Shown piece after piece: positions 1-8,515 of a DNA stretch of 64,000 nucleotides; the stretch's first letter is position 1, and each line of letters starts with the position of its first letter. The stretch is from assembly GCA_964357635.1 (NCBI GenBank), contig CAYHLZ010000002.1, positions 513-64,512 on the forward strand, given 5' to 3'. Under the pieces are notes generated by a model. The model was not told the origin of the DNA and searched no databases. It worked only from the letters and a program-made list of their open reading frames with translations. This stretch comes from an uncultured Candidatus Saccharibacteria bacterium. GTDB lineage: Bacteria; Patescibacteriota; Minisyncoccia; Phycocordibacterales; Zambryskibacteraceae. Both the position numbers and the translations under genes were made by a program.

Positions 1-1
1 A

Positions 2-433
2 TACTTGGCAGTAAGAGAGACGTCGCTTGAGCTTTTTGGTTTCTCGGACCAAGAAACTTTAAATGCTTTTGAACTTCTCATAACCATCTCCGGTATTGGG
101 CCAAAGACTGCTCTGGGCATACTAAACGTCGCCACCCCAGCCACCCTCCGACAAGCTGTGGTAAATAGAGACACCACTTACCTCACCCGCGTCTCTGGTA
201 TCGGCAAAAAGAATGCAGAGAAAATTGTCATGGAGCTCAAAGATAAATTGAAAGTCAGCAAAGAAGATAAGGGTGTTGATATGCGCTCTGAAGGTGATGC
301 GCTTGAGGCACTAGTGTCTTTGGGTTATAACGAGCGCGACGCCCGAGAAGCATTAAAGAGGGTGCCAAAAGAAGTTTTGGGGGCAAGCGAGCGCGTCAAG
401 GCTGCCTTGAAGCTTTTATCGCAACATGCCTGA
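2..433 (+). CDS. ruvA: Holliday junction DNA helicase RuvA, C-terminal portion (5' end cut by window edge)
   Basis: ORF runs in from the window start; HhH motif 'ISGIGPKTALGIL' and the short C-terminal domain typical of RuvA. Confidence 0.8.
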   Translation, partial: YLAVRETSLELFGFSDQETLNAFELLITISGIGPKTALGILNVATPATLRQAVVNRDTTYLTRVSGIGKKNAEKIVMELKDKLKVSKEDKGVDMRSEGDALEALVSLGYNERDAREALKRVPKEVLGASERVKAALKLLSQHA

Positions 434-1283
434 GCTACCAGAGGTCCAAACCACCGTTAACGGATTAAATAAAAGGGTTAAGGGAAGAAAAATTGTTGCG
501 GTAAAGACAAGTTACAATAGTTTGCATCATGCGGGCAAGGACAATATAAAGAACCAAAAGTTTTTTAAACTTTTTCAAAAAAGAGTTAGGGGAAGAAAAA
601 TTATAAAAGCAGAAAGACGAGCAAAAAATATTCTCATCCACCTCTCTGGAGGAGAAACTGTGCTTATCCATATGAAGATGACTGGACACTTCGTCTATGA
701 CCGTCCCGACTACCCTTTCACGAGACTTAATTTCAAACTAGATAACGGCAAATACTTGTCTTTGTCCGATATGCGTAAGTTTGCCAAGGTAACAATTTTC
801 CCGACTTCCCAACTTGAAAACTCTCTACACCTTAAAAACCTTGGCCCAGAACCTCTTCACAAAAAATTTCAATTCCCGCAATTTAAATCGCAAATACTCA
901 AGCGACCAAACGGTAAAATAAAACAAGTGCTTCTAGATCAGGGTCTTATATCTGGCATTGGCAACATTTATGCCGATGAGATTCTCTGGCGCGCAGGAGT
1001 TCACCCTCTCTCCAAAGCAGGAAAAATTCCAGAAAAAACTCTTAAAGAAATGTTTAGGGCGATGAAAATGCTTTTGACAAAGGGGGTTTCTTTGGGTGGA
1101 GACTCAATGTCTGACTATAGAAACATTGCGGGTGGTAAAGGTAAGTTTCAAGAACATCATCGCGCCTATCAGCGCACCGGCCTTTCTTGTGATAAGGTCG
1201 GTTGCCGAGGACATATCCGACGCACTCTTGTGGGTGCGCGTAGTGCTCACTTCTGCGATAGACACCAAAAACTGTATAAATGA
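426..1283 (+). CDS. fpg: Formamidopyrimidine-DNA glycosylase (Fpg/MutM family)
   Basis: N-terminus MPELPEV (catalytic Pro2/Glu3 of Fpg/Nei); Cys/His-rich C-terminal zinc-finger-like region; overlaps the ruvA stop by 8 nt. Confidence 0.85.
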   Translation: MPELPEVQTTVNGLNKRVKGRKIVAVKTSYNSLHHAGKDNIKNQKFFKLFQKRVRGRKIIKAERRAKNILIHLSGGETVLIHMKMTGHFVYDRPDYPFTRLNFKLDNGKYLSLSDMRKFAKVTIFPTSQLENSLHLKNLGPEPLHKKFQFPQFKSQILKRPNGKIKQVLLDQGLISGIGNIYADEILWRAGVHPLSKAGKIPEKTLKEMFRAMKMLLTKGVSLGGDSMSDYRNIAGGKGKFQEHHRAYQRTGLSCDKVGCRGHIRRTLVGARSAHFCDRHQKLYK

Positions 1284-1750
1284 AAAACAAAGCTTCTGTC
1301 TTAATCCTTGAAAACATTCGGAGTGTTGAGAACACCGCTTCCATCTTTCGCACCGCCGACAGATTCGGGGTCTCTAGAATAATACTTGTTGGTACCACAC
1401 CCGCCCCTCTTGACCGTTTTAAAAGAGAGAGAAAAGATTTTGTAAAAGTCTCGCTGGGAGCAGAGAAAAAAGTTTTCTGGGAACACAAGAAAAAAATTAA
1501 ATCCGTAATTAAAAGTTTAAGAAACGATAAATTTCAGATTATCTCACTTGAACAAACTCCGAAAGCCAAAAGTTTAAGAGGTTTTGTACCGCAAGACAGA
1601 TTTGCACTTATTGTTGGTAACGAAGTTTCTGGGATATCAAAAGATGCTCTTGAGACATCAGATGTTGTGGTTGAGATACCAACGGAAAGTAAAAAGGGGT
1701 CGCTCAATGTCTCTGTCGCCACAGGCATTGCGCTCTTTGTGCTAAAATAA
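1280..1750 (+). CDS. SpoU/TrmH-class RNA 2'-O-methyltransferase
   Basis: Motifs 'ASIFRTADRFGV', 'LIVGNEVSGIS' and 'NVSVATGIALF' typical of the SPOUT methyltransferase family. Confidence 0.7.
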   Translation: MKNKASVLILENIRSVENTASIFRTADRFGVSRIILVGTTPAPLDRFKRERKDFVKVSLGAEKKVFWEHKKKIKSVIKSLRNDKFQIISLEQTPKAKSLRGFVPQDRFALIVGNEVSGISKDALETSDVVVEIPTESKKGSLNVSVATGIALFVLK

Positions 1751-1751
1751 A

Positions 1752-2159
1752 GTGATGCTTAATCCATTTCCAGAACTCCTAATGTATTCAACACTTGGAC
1801 CACTTATCTTGCGCCTACTTTTAGGACTCATCTTCATAGATCTAGGAATCTTAAAATTTAAGAGTGAGAAAGAAAGGTGGCTTGATTCGTTTGAGACTCT
1901 AGGGCTTCGACCTGCGGGCCTGCTCCTGCCTCTATACGCTTCTCTTCAAATACTTGGCGGACTACTTCTACTCTTGGGTCTCTGGACTCAAGTGGCGGCC
2001 TTGGCGTTTGTCATCTTTAGCGGCGTAGAGCTCTTTGTAGAATGGAAGGCTCGTGAGATTCTTAAACGTGATTTAATTTTCTATCTCTTTATTTTCGTTA
2101 TCTCGCTTTCTCTTCTTGTAACTGGAGCTGGTGCCTACGCTCTAGATATCCCTCTTTAA
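1752..2159 (+). CDS. DoxX-like small integral membrane protein
   Basis: Four hydrophobic helices in 135 aa; DoxX-like pattern. Confidence 0.45.
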   Translation: MMLNPFPELLMYSTLGPLILRLLLGLIFIDLGILKFKSEKERWLDSFETLGLRPAGLLLPLYASLQILGGLLLLLGLWTQVAALAFVIFSGVELFVEWKAREILKRDLIFYLFIFVISLSLLVTGAGAYALDIPL

Positions 2160-2205
2160 TTGTTGTATATTTTGAAACTAGTTTCCCCGCCAAGGCGGGA
2201 TAAAT

Positions 2206-2278
2206 GCGCCCATAGCTCAGTTGGTAGAGCAGGTCCCTTTTAAGGACAAGGTCGTAGGTTCGATCCCTACTGGGCGCA
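2206..2278 (+). tRNA. tRNA-Lys (anticodon TTT)
   Basis: Cloverleaf read by eye: acceptor GCGCCCA/TGGGCGC, D-arm GCTCAGTTGGTAGAGC, anticodon loop CTTTTAA, T-arm GTAGGTTCGATCCCTAC; CCA not encoded. Confidence 0.85.
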
Positions 2279-2292
2279 CAAGTCGAGGAAGC

Positions 2293-2320
2293 AAGAAAAA
2301 GAATTTATTCTTTTTCTTAT
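2293..2320 (+). terminator. Hairpin AAGAAAAAGAAT/ATTCTTTTTCTT downstream of tRNA-Lys
   Basis: Perfect 12-bp inverted repeat with a 2-nt loop, followed by a T-rich run. Confidence 0.45.
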
Positions 2321-2365
2321 TTCCGAGCGCAGTCGCCCAGCACGACGGTACTGGGCGCACTACAC

Positions 2366-2394
2366 TTGACTTTTTCATTTGGTGTTGTTATTAA
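2366..2394 (+). promoter_or_regulatory. Putative sigma70-type promoter for the small ORF at 2438
   Basis: TTGACT (-35), 17-nt spacer, TATTAA (-10); AGGAG Shine-Dalgarno 8 nt before the ATG at 2438. Confidence 0.3.
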
Positions 2395-2437
2395 GTAGTC
2401 TGACTCTGGATTCCTAAGCCTATAAGGAGAGTTTATT

Positions 2438-2665
2438 ATGGAACGCGGTTTCGTGTGCTTGGGTGTAATCGTGGGATTTCTTTTCGGGGCCGTTTTTGCC
2501 CGAGGAGATGTCATTACAACGATTCCTGTGGAAAAAAATGGAAGCCAGATCGTTTACGACGGCAGGCTTTCACAAGAGGCAGTAGCGTTGCCGGCCGGCA
2601 AGTACACCTACGTTCGTAGGGCGCGGGGAGAGGTTGTCGAAGAACAATTTGTCCCGCGTAAATAA
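2438..2665 (+). CDS. Small secreted or membrane-anchored hypothetical protein (75 aa)
   Basis: Strong SD (TAAGGAGAG) upstream; N-terminal hydrophobic segment CLGVIVGFLFGAVFA; followed by a terminator. Confidence 0.55.
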   Translation: MERGFVCLGVIVGFLFGAVFARGDVITTIPVEKNGSQIVYDGRLSQEAVALPAGKYTYVRRARGEVVEEQFVPRK

Positions 2666-2688
2666 ACATGTTTCGCCCCAGCGTTCAA

Positions 2689-2718
2689 ACCCCGCGATTC
2701 CAAGCGGGGTTTTGTTTT
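2689..2718. terminator. Rho-independent terminator, likely bidirectional
   Basis: ACCCCGC-GATTCCAA-GCGGGGT hairpin followed by TTTGTTTT; lies between convergent genes. Confidence 0.7.
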
Positions 2719-2733
2719 ATGGAACAAGATTTT

Positions 2734-3180
2734 CTACAACTTTAAAAGCAGTTTTTCGATTAGGGTTTCTATCTCCCCCTCACCACGACGAGCGAGGATA
2801 AATCCTGTAACCAAGTCTTCTGAAATTTGTTCAAGTTCTTCTTGTTTAAAATTCTTTAAAAAACTCTTGGATTTATTATATGTAAACGGTTTCATGTCTG
2901 TTTCTGAAACTGTTTTCACTTTTGAAACAATAAGCATAGATTTCACTTGCCAAAATAGTTTAAAGAAAATTTCTTCAGGAGACACGCCAGCCAAAAGTGC
3001 TTTCTGATAAAGAGTCCACGCTTCTTTCTTGTTTTTTGCACCCAAGGCATCGGTTAAAAGAAAAATGTTAAATTCTTTACCACGTTTATCCAATGGCAAT
3101 TTCTCTTGGTCTTCGGGAGCATTAGGACTAGCATCAACTACCGCACCGAAAATATCTTTGTGGTAAAACTCGTCTTTCAT
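2734..3180 (-). CDS. Hypothetical alpha-helical protein; weak resemblance to the C-terminal domain of DNA polymerase III delta (HolA)
   Basis: 148-aa ORF whose start overlaps the polA stop by 4 nt, suggesting co-transcription; HolA-like resemblance is loose. Confidence 0.5.
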   Translation of the reverse strand: MKDEFYHKDIFGAVVDASPNAPEDQEKLPLDKRGKEFNIFLLTDALGAKNKKEAWTLYQKALLAGVSPEEIFFKLFWQVKSMLIVSKVKTVSETDMKPFTYNKSKSFLKNFKQEELEQISEDLVTGFILARRGEGEIETLIEKLLLKL

Positions 3181-5537
3181 ATTTTTTCCATCTCACCCCA
3201 ATTATCTCCTGCTTGTGCCTCAACAATTATCGGCACCTCTTGAGCTTTTTCCTTCGGTAGAGCTTGTTCCATAATATTTCTAAATTCTCCCACAACCTCG
3301 TCCACCAAAGAATCTTTTATCTCGTAAACCAGTTCATCGTGCACTTGAAGGATAAGATGAATTTTGTTCTCCAGATTTTTACTCTTCACATAATCATCAA
3401 TTCTCTTCATGGCAATTTTAGTAAGATCTGCTTGAGTGCCTTGTATGGGGGCGTTAATAGCCATTCTTTCTGCTTGTGCCTGCACGTATGGTAGAGGTGA
3501 GTTAAATCCGGCAAAGTAGCGCCTTCTGCCAAACATGGTTTCTGTGTATCCTTTGCGAGAAGCCTCCGCCTTAATTTTATCCAAGTACGACGCCAGTCCT
3601 GAAAAAGTTTTAAAATATTGATTATAAAACTCTTGCGCTTCTTTGCGGTCCACCCCAAGATTTGCTCTTAAAGCATTAACCCCCATGCCATATAGGATGC
3701 CGAAATTTATAGTCTTCGCCTTTATGCGCATACCCTTGTCCACCGCCTCTTTCGGAACTTTGAAAACTCTCATAGCCACTCCGGCGTGAGCATCAACTCC
3801 CGATTTAAATATTTCAATAAGTTTTTTATCCTTAGAAAGAATGGCGGCGATACGAAGCTCTATTTGTGAGTAGTCTAAAGAAACAAGTTTAAAACCTTTT
3901 TCTGCAACAAAAGCATTTCTGATTGCTCGACCTAGTGGAGTTTTATTCGGAATGTTTTGAAGATTTGGAGAGTTGGAGCCCATACGGCCAGTGGTGGTAC
4001 CCGCCTGAAGAAAGGTTGAGTGAAGGCGCGAGTTCTTGTCCAGAAGCGGTGGGATGGCATCAATATAAGTTGAGAGAAGTTTGGAGAGCTCACGATACTC
4101 AAGAATAGAACCAATAATTGGGTGTTTGTCCCGAAGCTTTTCCAGTTCAGATTCTTTGGTTGAGAGAGCGCCTGTCGGTGTTTTCTTTTGATATTTATCG
4201 GCAAGTTTGAGCTTATTAAATAAAATATCAGAGAGAATTTTAGGGGAATTAATGTTGAATTCTCCTCCAGCTTCCTTCCAAATCAGTTTTTGGAGACGTG
4301 TTAGCTCTTGGTGATATTTGATGGACAAATCTTTAAGCGCATCTTTATCTATCTTTACACCACGCGCATTCATCGCTTCCACAACAGATATAATTGGCTT
4401 CTCAATTTCTTCGAAAACTTTGCGCACCCCTCGCTTGTCAAGTTCTTTATCAATAATTTTTCTTGCCTCTTTTATGTCTTCTGTTTTACAAAATCTAAAC
4501 ACATCTTCCAAGTTCGGGTCTGATAAATTGGAGTCTATAACCCAGAGCGCAAGACAGAGTTCTTTGGTTTCTAAATTATCTTCCACGAACGATATGGTTT
4601 TTACTTCTTTTTTTTCTACTTCTTCGCCGTTGTTTAATAAATTTTTCACCTTCTGTTCCATGGTTCTGAATTCCAGTTCTTTAAATAAGTCGTAGAGTTT
4701 TTCTGGCTTTAAGTTTTCTCTCCACTCCTTCGGTAGGGTAAAATTTATAGGAGCATCAACTCTAATGGTCGCAAGCGTTTTGGAAAAGAGTGCTTCTTCT
4801 TCGTTCTCGAGCAATAGGTTTTTTATGCGCTCCGTAATTCCGGCTTTTTTGTAAGTGTCGTCTTTCTTTTTCAGAGCTTTGTAAATATCTTCCACGGAGC
4901 CAAAGGTAGTAATAAGAGATGTGGCGGTTTTTTCCCCAATACCTTTTACTCCGACAATATTATCAGATGGATCTCCTCGTAGACCCTTGTAGTCAACCAA
5001 AAGCTTTGACGGGAACCCAAAGCGTGCGCTCACCTTCTTCTCGTCATAAAGAATGACATCGTTAATCCCTTTTTTTAAAGTATAAACTTGCACATCTTTG
5101 TCGCGCACAAGTTGCAGAGCATCCATATCACCAGAGGCAATAACAATTTCAACACTTTTATCTTTTTCTAAATCATGGACAATTGTGCCAATGATATCGT
5201 CTGCTTCAAAGCCCTTATGAGAATATATAGGAATGCCAAATGCCTTGAAAACATCTTTAGCGCGCTCAAGTTGTAAGACCAAGTTGTCATCTGTCTTGGC
5301 GCGCCCCGCCTTGTAGCTCTCTAGTGCTTCGTGTCTGTGTGTTGGTCCAGGGAGGTCAAAACAGGCAACCAAAAAGTCGGGTTTAAGGTCAGAAATAATC
5401 TTTAAAAGCATTGCCGTTAGGCCATAAAGTGCACCGGTTGGCTCTCCTTTAGAGGTGGCGAAGTCTAGAGGTAGGGCGTGGTAAGCGCGGTGGATTATCG
5501 CGTGCGAGTCCAGAAGTATAAGTCTTTTAGTTTTCAT
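3177..5537 (-). CDS. polA: DNA polymerase I (5'-3' exonuclease plus polymerase domains; short form)
   Basis: N-terminal 5' nuclease region (LILLDSHAIIHRAYHA); polymerase motifs 'RRAAKTINFGILYGM' and 'QVHDELVYE'; 786 aa. Confidence 0.9.
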   Translation of the reverse strand: MKTKRLILLDSHAIIHRAYHALPLDFATSKGEPTGALYGLTAMLLKIISDLKPDFLVACFDLPGPTHRHEALESYKAGRAKTDDNLVLQLERAKDVFKAFGIPIYSHKGFEADDIIGTIVHDLEKDKSVEIVIASGDMDALQLVRDKDVQVYTLKKGINDVILYDEKKVSARFGFPSKLLVDYKGLRGDPSDNIVGVKGIGEKTATSLITTFGSVEDIYKALKKKDDTYKKAGITERIKNLLLENEEEALFSKTLATIRVDAPINFTLPKEWRENLKPEKLYDLFKELEFRTMEQKVKNLLNNGEEVEKKEVKTISFVEDNLETKELCLALWVIDSNLSDPNLEDVFRFCKTEDIKEARKIIDKELDKRGVRKVFEEIEKPIISVVEAMNARGVKIDKDALKDLSIKYHQELTRLQKLIWKEAGGEFNINSPKILSDILFNKLKLADKYQKKTPTGALSTKESELEKLRDKHPIIGSILEYRELSKLLSTYIDAIPPLLDKNSRLHSTFLQAGTTTGRMGSNSPNLQNIPNKTPLGRAIRNAFVAEKGFKLVSLDYSQIELRIAAILSKDKKLIEIFKSGVDAHAGVAMRVFKVPKEAVDKGMRIKAKTINFGILYGMGVNALRANLGVDRKEAQEFYNQYFKTFSGLASYLDKIKAEASRKGYTETMFGRRRYFAGFNSPLPYVQAQAERMAINAPIQGTQADLTKIAMKRIDDYVKSKNLENKIHLILQVHDELVYEIKDSLVDEVVGEFRNIMEQALPKEKAQEVPIIVEAQAGDNWGEMEKI

Positions 5538-5961
5538 AATTTATCTCTCTTGTTTTATCGTCAACAAATTTGAAAGAAATTTTTCTTGTATTTTTCGGAA
5601 TAATCTTTGCGACGTTTTCTGGCCATTCTATGAAAATTAAATTTTCTGGCTCTTTGATAATTTCTTCCCAGCCAAGATGCAAGAGTTCCGATTCTTTTTC
5701 AAGACGATAAGCGTCAATGTGTATTAGGCGCTTAAAGTTTTTAAAATTTATCGCATAAATTTTTTCTATAACAAAAGTTGGACTCTGCATGTTCTCTGTA
5801 ATACCTAAAACTTTGCCAACCTCTTGAGTAAAAGCTGTTTTACCAGCACCCAAATCTCCTTCTAGCGCTACCACTGTAGCATTTTTTCCATATTCAATGG
5901 TGTCTAAAAAATCTTTGGCAATGTTTCTTGTTTCCGGAAGACTCTTGGAGAAGTGGTGCAT
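5527..5961 (-). CDS. tsaE: tRNA threonylcarbamoyladenosine biosynthesis ATPase TsaE (YjeE)
   Basis: Walker A 'GDLGAGKTAFTQ'; size and motif pattern match the TsaE family; overlaps the polA start. Confidence 0.75.
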   Translation of the reverse strand: MHHFSKSLPETRNIAKDFLDTIEYGKNATVVALEGDLGAGKTAFTQEVGKVLGITENMQSPTFVIEKIYAINFKNFKRLIHIDAYRLEKESELLHLGWEEIIKEPENLIFIEWPENVAKIIPKNTRKISFKFVDDKTREINYEN

Positions 5962-5989
5962 TAATACATTTTAACATTAGAGCAATAAA

Positions 5990-6026
5990 AAAGGGCGGAG
6001 AGGGAAATGAATCCCTTCCTCCGCCC
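5990..6026 (-). terminator. Imperfect GC-rich hairpin followed by a T-run on the minus strand (terminator of the lipoprotein gene)
   Basis: GGGCGGAG...CTCCGCCC stem; the minus strand reads TTTTTTATTG immediately 3' of the stem. Confidence 0.45.
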
Positions 6027-6042
6027 TTCTCGGGGAAACACC

Positions 6043-6450
6043 TTAGCGCCCCGGACACTCGGCATCCTTTGGCGAATCGAGCTGGTCGATTGCCCAGATT
6101 TCTTCTTCCGAACCACGGTTCGTGTTTACCCGATACACCCTTGACGTCGAACCGATGTAGGCCCCCGGAGTATACGCTTCGTCAGTGTGGGTCCCAGGAG
6201 TGCTGTAGGCCTTGGCCGTGAGAGACATCTCGCGATGCCTTCCACCAAGCAACCTCGAGACGAGCACCGCAGTGTATGAGTCACCGAAAGCAAGGTTGGT
6301 GACCTTAAGACGATCAGGGCTCTCCAAGTCCATGTACGGCGAGCAGTTGTTCGTGACGTGAACAGTACTGCAAACCTGTACGCAAAGAGTCGAGCACCCG
6401 CTCACCAACATTGTGGCAAGCAAAATCACAACGAGCTTGAAACTGTTCAT
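6043..6450 (-). CDS. Hypothetical lipoprotein (signal peptide with lipobox LVSGC)
   Basis: N-terminus MNSFKLVVILLATMLVSGCS; the gene body is visibly more GC-rich than its neighbours. Confidence 0.6.
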   Translation of the reverse strand: MNSFKLVVILLATMLVSGCSTLCVQVCSTVHVTNNCSPYMDLESPDRLKVTNLAFGDSYTAVLVSRLLGGRHREMSLTAKAYSTPGTHTDEAYTPGAYIGSTSRVYRVNTNRGSEEEIWAIDQLDSPKDAECPGR

Positions 6451-6565
6451 GACGCCCTCCTTTGGGCTATCGTTTTTCCTATATCTATTATACCATAACT
6501 AGTGCCAGAAAGTCAAGTACTAAAATAAGCCCGAAATTAGAGCTAAAACCTGCCTAAAAGAGGTT

Positions 6566-8269
6566 TTGCTGGTGTATAATATAGCCATGGTTAAGTTCGA
6601 CGAAGAAAAGCAGAAAGATAGGATAAAGGCCCTTCTTCAGAAGGAAGAGGAAGACCTTGCCTCTGCCCTATCGGAGCATCACGGAGTGCCCTACATTGAC
6701 CTCTCAACACATTCGGTAAATATTGACGCCCTACGGGTCATAAAAGAAGCTGATGCGCGAGCCGCTGACTTGGCCGTCTTTAACTCTACGGACAAAAGGA
6801 TTAGTGTTGGCGTCCTTTCAACAAAAAACGAAAAAACTTTGGCCGCTATTGAAGACCTGAAGCTCCGAGGCTACCTCCCTGAAATTTATATGGTCTCACA
6901 CCAAAGCCTTGAGAAAGTTTGGGAGAGATACAAAGATCTTTCGTATTCTTTTGAAACTCAATCTGGCGCCCTTGATATCTCAAACGAAGAAATTCTTAAA
7001 ATAACCCAGAACGTTACCTCGCTTGAAGATATCAAGAAATTAATCTCAGGAGTACTCTCGGAGAAAAAAACTTATCGTATTTCAAAAATTTTAGAAATCA
7101 TTCTAGCTGGAGCTATTAGTTTGAAGGCTTCTGACATTCACCTAGAACCAGAAGAAAAAGATTTGCGTCTACGCTACCGACTGGATGGCGTGCTTACCGA
7201 CATTCTTCATTTTGACTCCGAAACATTTAAGTTGCTTCTCTCCCGCATCAAGCTTGTAAGCGAGCTTAAACTTAATGTTAAAGATAAGGCGCAGGACGGT
7301 CGTTTCTCTATTAAATTGTCCGATGTTGAAATTGAGGTGCGCACCTCGCTTTTACCTGGCCCTTATGGCGAGTCGGTGGTCTTGCGCGTCCTTAATCCAA
7401 ATGCAATTTCCGTTGAGCTTGAAAAACTTGGGATTCACCCACGCCTACTTGAGGCCCTAAGGAAAGAAATTGGAAAACCAAACGGCATGATTCTTACCAC
7501 CGGTCCAACAGGTTCCGGTAAGACCACAACGCTTTATGCTTTCTTAAAAAAGATTTACACACCCGATGTCAAAGTGGTTACCATTGAGAACCCTATTGAA
7601 TATCACCTTGAAGGTATCGTGCAGACCCAAGCAGAAACCGACAAGGGCTACACCTTTGCCGAAGGACTTAGAAGCGCACTTCGTCAGGACCCAGACGTCA
7701 TCATGGTGGGAGAAATTCGCGACAACGAGACTGCCACTGTGGCCATCAACGCAGCCCTCACTGGTCACTTGGTCTTTTCAACACTTCACACCAATAACGC
7801 CGCCGGTGCTTTCCCGCGACTTCTTGATCTTGGTGTCAATTCTAAAGTGATTAGTTCTGCTCTCAATGTTTCTATCGCTCAAAGATTGGTCCGCAAACTC
7901 TGTCAGGTGTGCAAAAAAGAGGCACCCCTAGAAGGTGCAGACAAAGAAACTGTCGCCAGAATTTTGGCCGGCGTCTCTGATCCGACTTATTTAGATAATA
8001 TCCAGAGAGAGCACGCCTGGACCACTGTTGGTTGTCCGGAATGTCTTGGTCTTGGATTTAGGGGACGAATTGGAGTATTTGAGGCGGTGCTGGTGGACCA
8101 CGAGATTGAAAAAGCGGTTATCACCAATCCTTCGGAACGCGACATCCGTGAAGCGGCCAAGAGTCAAAAACTTCTGACTTTGGCCCAAGACGGGGTTATC
8201 AAGGTGCTTACAGGGATCACCACGCTAAAAGAACTTGACCGTGTGGTAGACCTTTCGTCAATAGAATAA
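6566..8269 (+). CDS. GspE/PilB-family secretion ATPase (type II secretion / type IV pilus assembly ATPase); orphan copy
   Basis: Walker A 'GPTGSGKTTTLYAF', Walker B 'DPDVIMVGEIRD', C-terminal CxxC...CxxC tetracysteine; the true start may be GTG 6572 or ATG 6587 (SD AAGAGG lies at 6557-6563). Confidence 0.85.
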   Translation: MLVYNIAMVKFDEEKQKDRIKALLQKEEEDLASALSEHHGVPYIDLSTHSVNIDALRVIKEADARAADLAVFNSTDKRISVGVLSTKNEKTLAAIEDLKLRGYLPEIYMVSHQSLEKVWERYKDLSYSFETQSGALDISNEEILKITQNVTSLEDIKKLISGVLSEKKTYRISKILEIILAGAISLKASDIHLEPEEKDLRLRYRLDGVLTDILHFDSETFKLLLSRIKLVSELKLNVKDKAQDGRFSIKLSDVEIEVRTSLLPGPYGESVVLRVLNPNAISVELEKLGIHPRLLEALRKEIGKPNGMILTTGPTGSGKTTTLYAFLKKIYTPDVKVVTIENPIEYHLEGIVQTQAETDKGYTFAEGLRSALRQDPDVIMVGEIRDNETATVAINAALTGHLVFSTLHTNNAAGAFPRLLDLGVNSKVISSALNVSIAQRLVRKLCQVCKKEAPLEGADKETVARILAGVSDPTYLDNIQREHAWTTVGCPECLGLGFRGRIGVFEAVLVDHEIEKAVITNPSERDIREAAKSQKLLTLAQDGVIKVLTGITTLKELDRVVDLSSIE

Positions 8270-8310
8270 TTCTTGCGACAAAGTCTATTTCGTGAATAAT
8301 TGAGAGCAGA

Positions 8311-8470
8311 TCCAGCACATAAATCTCTAAGCAACACTTTCAGAATACACCAAAAGCTAAACGAATCTTTCAAGGATGGCTTCAGAAATCTTAAAAAGAC
8401 ACCAAGTGCGTCCTTAGAGAAAAGTCCAAATGCCCCGGAGGGCACGTTGCTTAGAGATTTATGCTCTGGA
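8311..8470. repeat. Long inverted-repeat element: arms of about 24 bp flanking a 110-nt interior
   Basis: Left arm GCACATAAATCTCTAAGCAAC (8315-8335) is the reverse complement of GTTGCTTAGAGATTTATG (8446-8463), an 18-nt perfect match extendable with two mismatches; the interior holds a GCCC-CGGA-GGGC hairpin. Confidence 0.6.
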
Positions 8471-8515
8471 AAAGAACTAAATGCTTCCTAAATAGTCTAT
8501 CACACAAAAACTTTT

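Noticed and set aside
465-1488. Minus-strand ORFs of 74-144 aa inside fpg and the methyltransferase gene
   Set aside because: They are fully embedded antisense to confidently identified plus-strand genes and have no motifs. They are shadow ORFs.
5928-6221. 97-aa plus-strand ORF overlapping the lipoprotein gene
   Set aside because: It is antisense to a better-supported minus-strand gene with a lipoprotein signal and its own terminator. It has high-GC codon bias, which makes long spurious ORFs likely.
8300-8491. 63-aa ORF (TTG start) spanning the long inverted-repeat element
   Set aside because: It exactly covers a palindromic noncoding element, has a non-ATG start and no SD, and its amino-acid sequence mirrors the repeat. 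It is most likely an artefact of the inverted repeat rather than a gene.
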